From NCBI GenBank assembly GCA_032718475.1, contig JAUCBJ010001623.1:1-55451 (forward strand): a DNA stretch of 55,451 bases, given 5' to 3'. Both the position numbers and the translations under genes were made by a program. This DNA is from Nemertoderma westbladi (taxonomy: Eukaryota > Animalia > Xenacoelomorpha). Shown here piece after piece: positions 38,601 through 49,023 of this stretch. How positions within the stretch are numbered: position 1 is the first letter of the stretch; every line of letters starts with the position of its first letter. The notes under the pieces were generated by a model. That model searched no databases. It saw nothing but the letters and a program-made list of their open reading frames with translations, and was not told where the DNA came from.

Positions 38601-41600
38601 ATTTCGACAAGAAAATCCAAATCTCCCAAATAATCATGATCCTGTCTTTAAACGAACAAGTAATACGCTTAATAAAATCAAGACTGATCCTAATAAGCTT
38701 AACCAATGTTTGAAATCGATGGGCAAATGCATTAACAGCGGAAAGTTTGAAAAGGTTCCTAATGAACAGTTACATGGTATACCAGGAAAGGTATGGTACA
38801 TTCCTGTGTTTGCTGTTACACAACCGAAAAAAGATAAAGTTCGGGTGGTATTTGATAGCTCGGCTTCATATTTTGGCACAAGCCTGAATAAAGAATTATT
38901 AAAGGGGCCAGACCAAAATAATCAATTACGAGATGTGTTGATCCGGTTCAGGGAGGGTGAAATTGGTTTCACAGCTGATGTGGAATCGATGTTCCATTGT
39001 TTCAAGGTCACTCCACATCATAGAGATTTTATGAGATTCTTCTGGTTTGACCACAATGACCCTTCACAACCTATTGTTGCTTATAGAAGCACTGTACATA
39101 TATTCGGTAATAGTCCAAGTCCCCCTATTGCCACAATTGGTCTCAGAAAGACTGTTGACCTTATGCCGGAAGAGACTCCTCCACCAGTAAAGGACTATAT
39201 CAATGATCATTTTTATGTGGATGATGGTCTTGGGTCTGAAGACTCAACAAAATCAGCAATTGATACATTACAAGGCACCATAAATACACTTGGTAGGTTT
39301 AATATACATCTCCATAAATTGGCATGCAGTGATCCAAATGTTTTGAAAGCATTCCCTATTTCTGAACATGTTGAGTTGAAATCATTTGAAAATGAGGCTA
39401 ATCAGAAAACCCTTGGAGTTGCATGGAATGTGTTAAAAGATAGGTTTGTCATTTTAGTAGATATACCAGATCGACCCTTCACGAAGAGAGGGATTCTGTC
39501 CACAGTCAACTCTATATTTGACCCAATAGGGATTGCAAGCCCAGTTGTATTGGCCGGAAGACTTATTCAGCGGAAGGTGATTCCAAAAAAAGCTGATACC
39601 TCCAATGAACTAGAAGCTTGTGGCTGGGATGGTGAGCTTCCAGCATTTTACAGACCTGCATGGGAGAGGTGGAAGGAAACACTTGAATCATTACCACTCC
39701 TATCCATTCCAAGGGGTTTTCGACCTATAGGTTTTGGACAAATAGTGAGACAAGAAATACATGCCTATTCCGATGCATCTGAAGATGCTATTGGATATGT
39801 GATATACCTGAGATCATTCAACGAAGATGATCAAATCTCTATCTCTTTTGTTTCAGGAAATGCCAAGGTAGCTCCACAGTCAGCCACTTCCATGCCTCGT
39901 TTAGAACTTTGTGCAGCTGTTGAACTGGTAATGGCTGTATGTTCAGTTATTTCTGCATTAAAGAAAAAACCATGCAATAGTTGGTACTATACCGATAGCC
40001 GAGTCGTTTTAGGGTATATAAACAACAATAGCAAGAGGTTCTCCAAATATGTTGAGCGTCGATCACATATAATACGAAACTCTAGCTTGCCTACACAATG
40101 GGAATATGTCCCAACTGGCGATAACCCTGCCGATAGAGCTACACGACCCACAGATCCAAAGTCATTAACTGATCCAAAGAGTACATGGTTGACAGGCCCA
40201 AGAGTGTTGAAGTCTGCAAGGTATCCTACAAAAATTCCATATCCTTACACTGCTATAGATGTTGATGATTTACCAGAGCGCAAACCATTAATAGAGGTTG
40301 GTAAAGTATTGATTACACACAAACGCCAAGGAATTTTTGACAATGTCTATAAACGTTTCAGCGAATGGAAGACTGTGATCAATGTGGCCAAGTATGTACT
40401 AATGGCATGTAAACTAATGACTAAGAAAATAGCAGAAGGTAATAACAATTCTCAAACCATCAGCGATTGTGATGCTGTCAATGCTCTAGTGCATGATGCA
40501 CAATATCAGAGTTACCCAGAACTGATAAAACATTTATCAACTGGATCAACTATAGCAGAATCCAGTAAAATTCTGGAGTTGTCCCCTTTTCTTAATGGAT
40601 CTAAGACATTACTGGTTGGAGGTAGGTTAAAGAACTCTGATGTCCCATTCGACTCCAGACACCCTTACCTCATACCTAAAGATCATCCAATAGCTGGAGT
40701 AATCGTGACATACTACCATACCAGAGTCTTTCACCAGGGCCGACATATTACTCATGGGATGATTCGTCAAAACGGTTTTCATATTGAAGATGGTAATAAA
40801 CTTATAAGAGAAATAATAAAGAGTTGTATCATTTGTAAGAAACTTAGAGGGTCCTTTTGTGTACAGAAGATGGCCAACCTCCCATTAGATCGAGTCTCTC
40901 GTGTTGCTCCCTTCACCAATACGGGCATCGATGTTTTTGGGCCATGGAAGGTTGCAAATGGGCGCACTACTCGAAGTAACACAGGTATCAGAAAGATATG
41001 GGCGCTTCTCTTAACTTGCCTAGTATCACGGGCAGTTCATGTTGAGCTCCTTCCAGCTTTAGACACAACAGCATTTAAGAATGCTTTTCATAGGTTCCTA
41101 GCCATCAGGGGAGCTTGTGTCCTCCTCCGTAGTGATCAAGGCTCCAATTTCATTGGTGCTCACAACCAAGATGACAATGAAGTCGATATCGATGCAGTTA
41201 TAAAAGATCTCAACTCAATCGGTATTGATTGGAATTTCAACCCTCCACACTCCAGCCATTTTGGTGGAGTTTGGGAGCGCAAGATTGGTTGCATAAGGCG
41301 TGTCCTTGACGCCACAATCTTACTCTCTGAACCACGATTATTGACATACGATGAGCTACATACTGTAATTGTTGAAAGCGCTGCAGTAGTAAACTCTACC
41401 CCATTATGGGAAGTTTCTTCCAGTCCAGATGACCCCCAACCATTGTCTCCCAATATGATATTGACTTTGAAGGATGATTCCATCTCTACAACTTGTTTCT
41501 CCAATCAAGATCAGCTGGCCTATGGGAAATATCGTTGGAGACGAGTACAGTATCTAGGTTGATCAATTCTGGATAAGGTGGCGCAATGACTACCTTCAAC

Positions 41601-41917
41601 TGTTACAGAGACGGATGAAGTGGAAAAATCCAAAACGTTCAATTATGATTGGAGATATTGTTCTGATCCGAGACAAAACGAAACATAGAAATAACTGGCC
41701 AACCGGGAGAGTGACTGCCGTGAAGAAAGGTGATGATAACCTGGTTCGCTCTGCAACTATTGCAGTACCCAAATCAACTGCTAAGGGTGAAATAAAGAAA
41801 CCATGCTATGATCGTCCTATACATGAGTTGGTTCTCCTCATCCCACATGATCCCGAGGTTTCCCCAGCAGCGGCATATAATAATGGATCTAATGATTTCA
41901 ACACTGGTCGCATATAG
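35662..41917 (+). CDS. BEL/Pao gag-pol polyprotein; 1966-aa ORF with a single +1 frameshift near 41558 before the last ~119 codons
   Basis: Three Cys/His knuckles, protease IVDEQSDSS, RT FYVDDGL, RNase H AYSDASE, integrase GIDVFGP / RSDQGSNF / GVWERKI. After the shift the frame continues DQFWIRWRNDYLQLLQRRMKW. Confidence 0.93.
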
Positions 41918-41955
41918 ACTTGAAATTATGGAAGCGGCAGATGCCGAGTGGGGAG

Positions 41956-42388
41956 TGTTATGGACATAAGTTATATATATTAATGGACATAAGCTATATT
42001 AACGGACATAAACGTTATACAGATAAATGCCATACTACAGTAACATAATGACTTCAGACTTTACTAACATCAATAGCATGTAGCTAGCTTACTGCTTATT
42101 AATGCAGCACTTAGGACTACAGGATTATTTGTCATAATGTACATACTGACTACTTAGGATTGTCTGTCATAATGTACCCAGGACGCTGTGAACCAGTGGC
42201 CTAACTTTACAAGTTTTTTACCAGCTTATTATACGATGTTAATGTAACGAAGGAATTAAATGTAAATGTTATCGGAAGTTAGCAAACTCGGTCATGTTTT
42301 TCCTACGGTGTATGTTATTGTGTAATGGCTGCGTTATACGCCTGAAATACCAGCTGACTATAGTAAAAGGGCTGCGTTGCTCAGGACA
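41956..42388 (+). repeat. 3' LTR of the BEL/Pao element (433 bp)
   Basis: Direct repeat of 34424-34876. Confidence 0.95.
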
Positions 42389-42676
42389 TCATTATAATAT
42401 ATGTCATATTTTATATATACATATATACTACCATATATATAGCCATGTATGTAGTTTAATCATTTAAGGTAAACAAATAAGTAATTTTGAATAACATTCA
42501 ATGAAAAGTAAAAATATGTAATATCAAATATGAAACACGAAACATCTGACATAACTCCCTCTTCTCTATCCTGGCTGGTACCTGAACGAAATTGAAGGCG
42601 CCACAATCATCACAAATGTTCCTATTTGCTTTCATCATTTTAACTCCAAATTTATAATTTTTTTCCCATTTAACAG

Positions 42677-43878
42677 TTTGACCCTGACCCAGTAAAGATA
42701 CTATGTGATGATATTCTCGGCTGCACAGAGACCTGTCCCTTCTGTAATGCGCCGTGTGAGCTGGGGTTGTCCGGCCATGCAGATCGTGCAGACACGGATG
42801 CTATCACGCACCATCGCACAGAGATTCACAGACCCGAATGTCTCAATGGCATGAAAATGTTGCACAACAACATCATGTACATACAGATTTGCTCAACATC
42901 TGTCCATTCAGACTGGAAATTTAAAACGGAAGAAACAAAGGTAAATGTGAAAGAGAAATTAACATCGTATATTATTTCAAACTTATTTACATTTATTCAT
43001 TTATATTTCAAGCCGGGTACAGAGATTAGAGATACACTTTTCGGTGACAACCTTGTCAACAATGCAACTATAAAGTGTATGTACAGTAAACCATCATCCG
43101 CAACTCGATTTAGTACGTATAGTAATATTATTAATCTTATGCTTAATATTCACAATATTTATAAAGAACATAAGTGTTATACGTATAAGCTTACGTACGT
43201 GCTTACTTACGTATAGCTTCTTACGCGAGTCCGACTTAGCTCTCATATCCTGAGAGTTGAAATGGGCGCTGGAACAGGACACCGAGGGACCGCAGAGTGT
43301 GTCACTGTAAATCCCCGGAAATACACCATCTGTAATTATTCAGAATTTCCCCAAGACATAGGAAACTTTCGTAATGTTCATTGTTTGTAAACCTCCATGT
43401 GTCGGTTTTCTTTTTCTAGCCAGTTGCCGTCACATACGATCATGAAAGCGAGACCATAATCTTGGCCATGGCCAGGAGTCTAAGAATTTTCGGGATAAGT
43501 TTTATGTAATCTTTCAAAAATTATCCTAAGACATATCATAAATAATAAATAATATCAGTATGGTAAATTGAAAATAAATTCATTTCATAACATGTGTAGT
43601 TATAATATTTTTTTATTTAGTTATTACTTGAACAATTTTGTTCACAGGGCGAATTCGTTAAATACAAAGATTACCGAAAATACTTTCCAACTTGGCACAT
43701 CCCACCAGATACTGCGCTGAACGCTTCCTTATACTGGAAGTGGTTTGTCGGTAGATTCGCGGACGAATTAACCCGATTCTATGGTTACAAGAAATCCAAA
43801 GATCCCGTTCTCAAAAGATGGAAGCAAATATCCTGGAGAGACGTTGAGGCAGACATGAGAGAAAAGTATAATTTATAA
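42677..43878 (+). CDS. Very large inducible GTPase (GVIN1/URGCP-like), last two exons 42677-42940 and 43648-43878
   Basis: Phase-0 GT-AG junctions give ...LGCTETCPFCNAPC...HRPECLNG...ICSTSVHS...K|GEFVKYKDYRKYFPTWHIPPD...YWKWFV...stop, the characteristic VLIG C-terminus. Confidence 0.85.
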
Positions 43879-44756
43879 AAACTCAAACCTTTTTTTCCTT
43901 GAGATCAGAAATCAAATTTCAGATAGATATCCAAATATAAACGTCCAACAACACATATTTTCCACAAATTGTGTCTTTTGCGATTTAAAAAAATCTTCTC
44001 ATTTTCATGAGAAGTCATCATGACTTGACCGATATCAGTTTATATTTATAATCAATAATCATTTTATTATCGGTATACCATAATTTATCATTTACTCTAC
44101 CGTGAAAATCGGCTTAAAAGCGACGGCAACCCTTAAGCCTGACGATTACTTAATGAAATCATTAATAATTAATTATTAAACAATTTCGTAAAAAGCGTAA
44201 AATTTGGAAGTAAAATGGAGCATCAACAAATAAGAATAAGTAATAATGCTGGCATCCGGTGTTGATTAGAACAAATTCGACGGGATATTTTAATTATATA
44301 TATTTGGTAATATTTTTTTGTGCATCAATTTTTTAATAATCTTATATAATTTTGTCCCCTTTTTGTTACAATTTCGTTTTCGGTTAATAAAACATATATG
44401 ATTATTATTATATTATATTACAGTTTGTTTTAATTAATAATTAGTCTACCTCTATATTGTAATTGGGCATTTAATTTCATGGCATTTGGTATGTAAAAAT
44501 AGATTATAAATAAAGTTTTCATGATCATGCTAATTGATGCTTTGATTAAATACGTAGAAATATACTTATATAGGCCTACTAATAATATATTACACAATCT
44601 CTGATATACACTATATATATGGATATATTTGCAACACATCTCCAAAATTTTACTATACATATCTACATATTTACAATATAATACAATAATTCTATAAACC
44701 ACCGGGTGCAAATTAATATGGTGGACTTGAGCGGCGTGATTTGTAATCTTTTTTTT

Positions 44757-44954
44757 ATGTAATATTATGGTTTTGTTCAGAAATGGAAAAAACGAGAAAG
44801 CGCGTCACCGGGGGTTGAACCAGCGCTATACGAACGTTTCAGCCTATCAGGCCTCATCAGTAGCGCTAACCAGTTGAGCCACTAGCCCCTGACATTCACT
44901 ATCCCAGCAATGTTCGCATTTTTTCCATTTCTGAACAAAACCATAATATTACAT
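44757..44954 (-). mobile_element. 198-bp element: 36-bp perfect inverted repeats around a tRNA-like A/B-box cassette containing a hammerhead ribozyme
   Basis: IR at 44757-44792 and 44919-44954; minus strand A-box-like GTGGCTCAACTGG and B-box-like GGTTCAACCCC; a solo copy of the IR arm at ~13166-13204. Confidence 0.8.
44820..44869 (-). ncRNA. Minimal type I hammerhead ribozyme
   Basis: Minus strand UUAGCGCUA-CUGAUGA-GGCCUGAUAGGCU-GAAA-CGUUCG-UA^UAGCGCUGG has the complete core, a 9-bp stem I, a stem II hairpin, a very short stem III and a GUA cleavage triplet (cut between 44829 and 44828). Confidence 0.88.
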
Positions 44955-45285
44955 CTTTAATTACAGTTTCATTAACAGCTCAACACCAATTAATTTATTA
45001 ATCTTTTTTTTGGTTTTTACGTTTTTGTATACTCGTTGGAGCGACTTTAAACTGATATTATTCGATACATCTGGGAAACAACCTTGATTGTATGTTTGTT
45101 GGTATAGAAACCAGTTTAGCCAATTAAATTTGTTTCCCTAAGTTTTTGTTTTCATAAAGTAAACAAAAAAAGATTACAAAAAATATACTATTATTTTCCG
45201 AGTTTTGTAAAGTCGTTAGAAGAAAACGTCAATGTAAAATCACGCAAACGATGCAGAAGAAAAACTATCGACCAAGGAAAATAAC

Positions 45286-47847
45286 CTATGAAGTGGATTC
45301 AAGAACTTCTTGAGTAACAGAAGCGACAAGTTGCGACAGAGGTTTAGAGATGGGGAATTTGGCGTTGAGTTTACGGTCGATTTTTATGAGTTTCACGTAG
45401 TATTTGAACTCTTCGGGAAACGACGATTTTATGTAACTCGCGATGGGCTGCGAGTAATCAATTAATGTGTCTAGAATGTAGAACTGTTGGTATAGCAACA
45501 CGGTCGAAGCGGCGTTTAGTCGGTCACGTTTCGTCGGATTAACTAGTTTGGTCATTTCCCCGATCATCCGACGCAAGAAACAATTCTAGAACGAGGAAAA
45601 CAAATAATTATTGATTAGAGAAAACCGCTTGGGAAGTTGGCTTATTTATAATTAATTGTGATTATTATAAATAAATAAATAAACCGAAGAACCGTCATAG
45701 AATGTCACCGAACGCAGTTAATTGGCCAATTCAATGGGGGTCGATTCGCCCGCTTGGTCATTCTCTTCAAAATTATTCATTGTGGGTATTTATATACTCA
45801 GAACGAATACTAAACAATAAAACAATTAAGATAAAATGGTTAAGCATAATTGTCACAAGCGTAATGGTTTCAAAGATGCTACAAGTCGCTAACCTTAAAT
45901 TAGATTTATCATCTCTTCCTCACCTTACCTCTAAAACTATTCTTAAGTTATAGCAAAGATAGAGTGAAGCAAAGAATGAAGCAAAGATAACTGGCCTAGA
46001 ATGTAGCAAAGTCGGCCTTTAAGTCAATGGTTATGCATAAACGTCACGTGTGTAATGGTCACCAGACATATCTTCATATTATATGGATTTAGGCTGTAGT
46101 TATGTTTTTTAGAAAAGCCATGGAAAAGGCTTGTTAAATAATCCCATTAATAAGAGTTATACGACGTACCTTTACATCTAACAACCAGTAAAGTATGTAC
46201 GTCATGTGTGTAATTAATGTCACGTGTGTAATTCATTAAACACATGTCACGTATGAAGTGAACAATTTTTAGAATTTGGGTTATGGTACAGTAGGCCTAC
46301 TACAGTACTTACAGTCTATAGTGTATTACACGTTCGTGGGGCCTTCGCGCAGCACGATACTTAGCTAACCTCAATTCGGTTTTTATCAAAAAGTCTGAAA
46401 CTACCGGTACCGACTGGCAGACTTGTATCATTTTTGACCAAATTTCAGATTCTTTCTAAACTTTTGATGGCCACATACGTATCAAGTTTTGTATAATTTC
46501 ATCAAGGAATGATTATTAGCGATCAAAAATTAGACGACAACGACAGACAACTCGTTAGAAGTATACCCCTATGCTAAGAAGGCTTCGCTCACTGCGTGGC
46601 TCGCCCCACATTTAACGCCCCCCGCACACCAATATATTCTAGGTAAATTATTTCCTTTACACACGTGACATTTCATTACACATTATTCGCGTTTAGAACG
46701 AATTATAAATATTCCTAAAACTTGATTTTTATAATTATATTATAATTTAACAGTCCGACTGTTGTTTTACTGATGTTTTTTTTTAATTCGAGGTAGGGCC
46801 TACTTTGTTTTAGTGTTTCTTTTTTTTTTATTTCAATGTATTATAACTTGTACAGTTTTATATATTTTTATTATATTATATTATTATTTTATTATTTTTA
46901 TCGAAAATACCCAAAAATCGGGAGAAAAAGTTTACTATTTTTCCCTAGGGAAAAAAAGTAATCATTAGAAATACATTGATTTTACTTTTTTTCCCGGCGA
47001 AAAAAGTAAAGTAAAATACTTTTGGTGGAATTTCTTAAATTTCATTACATTATACATTGAAAGTGCATCGACGTAGAAAAGGTTTGCAAGTAATTTGAGC
47101 AAAATCCATTCACGCGCTCAAAAGTTATTGCAACTTTAGTGTCTGCGCTGCGTACACCAAAACGGAACTCAATATCCAATATTAGTTTATGTTGTTAAGC
47201 GGCTCTCTCAGTTACGTAATAAATATTCGAGAACACTAAATTATTTAACATCCAGTAAGGCAACATCGAGAGTTGAAGTTACAATAATTTGAATTGCAGT
47301 AACTATGGAAGCAATACAGTAAAATACTGCAGTTCAATTTAATTTATTTTGCAACACAACTGTACTGTAGTATATCGCTATGTTTTATTACAGAATTTAG
47401 CGACAAAAAGTACCAATTTAAGAATAAAATTACGTATTACAGGGGAAAAAAAACGTAAAACATTTTTTTTTCAATATTCTCTCGACCCTTTATTAACCTC
47501 GCCGACGCTCTGTAAATAAAATGCCTCGAGAATAATGAAAAAAAGATCTACTTTTTTTCCCATGTAATAAATAATTATTTTCTAATTTTTTTTAAAAATT
47601 TTAATATTATTTGTTTTTTTATACATTTATTTTATTGAATTTTATTAAGTGAAAAATTATTTAAATAGTAAGTCGGAAAAAAATAACTGCCACAATATGT
47701 CACAAGTCGTATTTAAATAATTGCGAAAACTCGTTCGCCTATAAAGGAAGATAAATAGATGAAACTTACAAGATTTTCGTTTTTCTCCATCAACTGAACT
47801 ATCCAGCATAGATTAAAGAAGTGATCTTCTCGATTGCTCCATCGCGT
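45286..47847 (-). CDS. C12orf56 (DUF4551)-like protein, last two exons 47847-47770 and 45585-45286
   Basis: Both exons have canonical AG/GT ends and join in phase 0. The translation ...CWIVQLM...VLLYQQFYIL...YIKSSFPEEFKYYV...FPISKP resembles the C12orf56 C-terminus as recalled. Upstream sequence at 47900-48255 looks coding-like but has stops. Confidence 0.65.
46327..46610 (+). mobile_element. Short Helentron/HINE-like element with the same ends as 7930-9278
   Basis: Shared 26-bp 5' end and shared 3' GCTTCGCTCAC...GCTCGCCCCACA motif. Confidence 0.7.
46909..47570. mobile_element. Uninterrupted copy of the 17138-18450 dispersed repeat
   Basis: Collinear similarity, lacking the 17427-17988 insertion. 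Confidence 0.8.
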
Positions 47848-49023
47848 CTAGTAAAAATAATCAAATCAAAGTTAAATATAGCCAATTAAACCAATAAAGA
47901 TAATGAATGAACTGTTGATTATGAGTCGAATCAGCGTGACCTCGCCAGGTACATACATAAACCCGAGACACAATGCTGAAAAGAAAAACACATCGGTGTA
48001 AATAGTTACTGATGACACATAGGTTGAGCGAGGTTCGTCAAAGATTGAGGTTTTTGTCCACAAGTACCGATCTAAGCAATGTCGGTTTTACTGAAGCAGT
48101 TGATTGAGAAGTCGTTCAGAAAAATCCCTTAAAAATTTGTCAAAAGCAACACTTTTGTTAAACAACTTTGTTAAAGTCCACAGCAATAATGGCCCTTTCG
48201 CTAGCTATTGCAACTTCCAATCCACTTCTAGACCCACTGTATCGACTATATGAAAAAAAATACACATATGTTAATTTCCTGTTTTGTATAGCAACACGTC
48301 AAATTCGGATAGCAACGGGGTTCAAATGGGCAATATTGAACAATCACGTGCCATGCTATAAATAGACCTGGTAAGCTGCAGCAGCCCACTAAATTTAGTG
48401 GCCCGTTTCTACATGTAAATTTTCACTAGGTATTACATGACTGCTGTAGCTATGCAAATTGTTTCCGTTGGTATGTTTAGGGGTCGCCTGTAAACAAATT
48501 AATTTTCACCACGGTGAAATTGTTGAGTTACTTAAAGACTAGTAAATTTATGCTTCAGAAATATCAATGATGGTTTAGATTGGAATTTGTGGCCTGAAAA
48601 AATATACCTCGATCAGCCTAAAAACAATATTCACATTGGTAACATTTATGTCTGACATTCTAGAACGTACATATTTGTTTTTGTTTAATATATATATGGA
48701 ACTAAAGGCTGTAAGCCGTCATAAACTACTAACTAAACCTAAAGAATATGCGACCTAGAATTTAGTAAGTTTATGTATAATGTCGGTGTTTATTTGTATT
48801 ATTTAGCTAGATTAGGAAACAAAAAAATTAATAAAAAAATTGTTATCAATAAAATAACGAGTGTTGTATGCGTGTTTCAGGGAATGTATAGAATATAATT
48901 GGATTTATGATCAACGTCTAGTGAAGGCAAGCATTGGTACCGGTACCGATATACGCTACGTGCCGAAGGCCATAAGAGTTTGCAAACTCAAACAAGCATT
49001 ACCCACAGAGGTTCCATGTAACA

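Larger units (their letters stand above)
34424..42388 (+). mobile_element. BEL/Pao LTR retrotransposon, nearly intact
   Basis: TG...CA LTRs at 34424-34876 and 41956-42388; purine tract GTGGGGAG; a single long gag-pol ORF. Flanks AACAC and TCATT do not form a TSD. Confidence 0.96.

Noticed and set aside
44105-44170. Second hammerhead candidate (CTGACGA...GAAA)
   Set aside because: Stem II is weak, and stem III and the cleavage triplet cannot be formed in register.
44800-44890. Functional tRNA gene
   Set aside because: No proper acceptor stem or anticodon arm; only A/B-box-like arms around the ribozyme.
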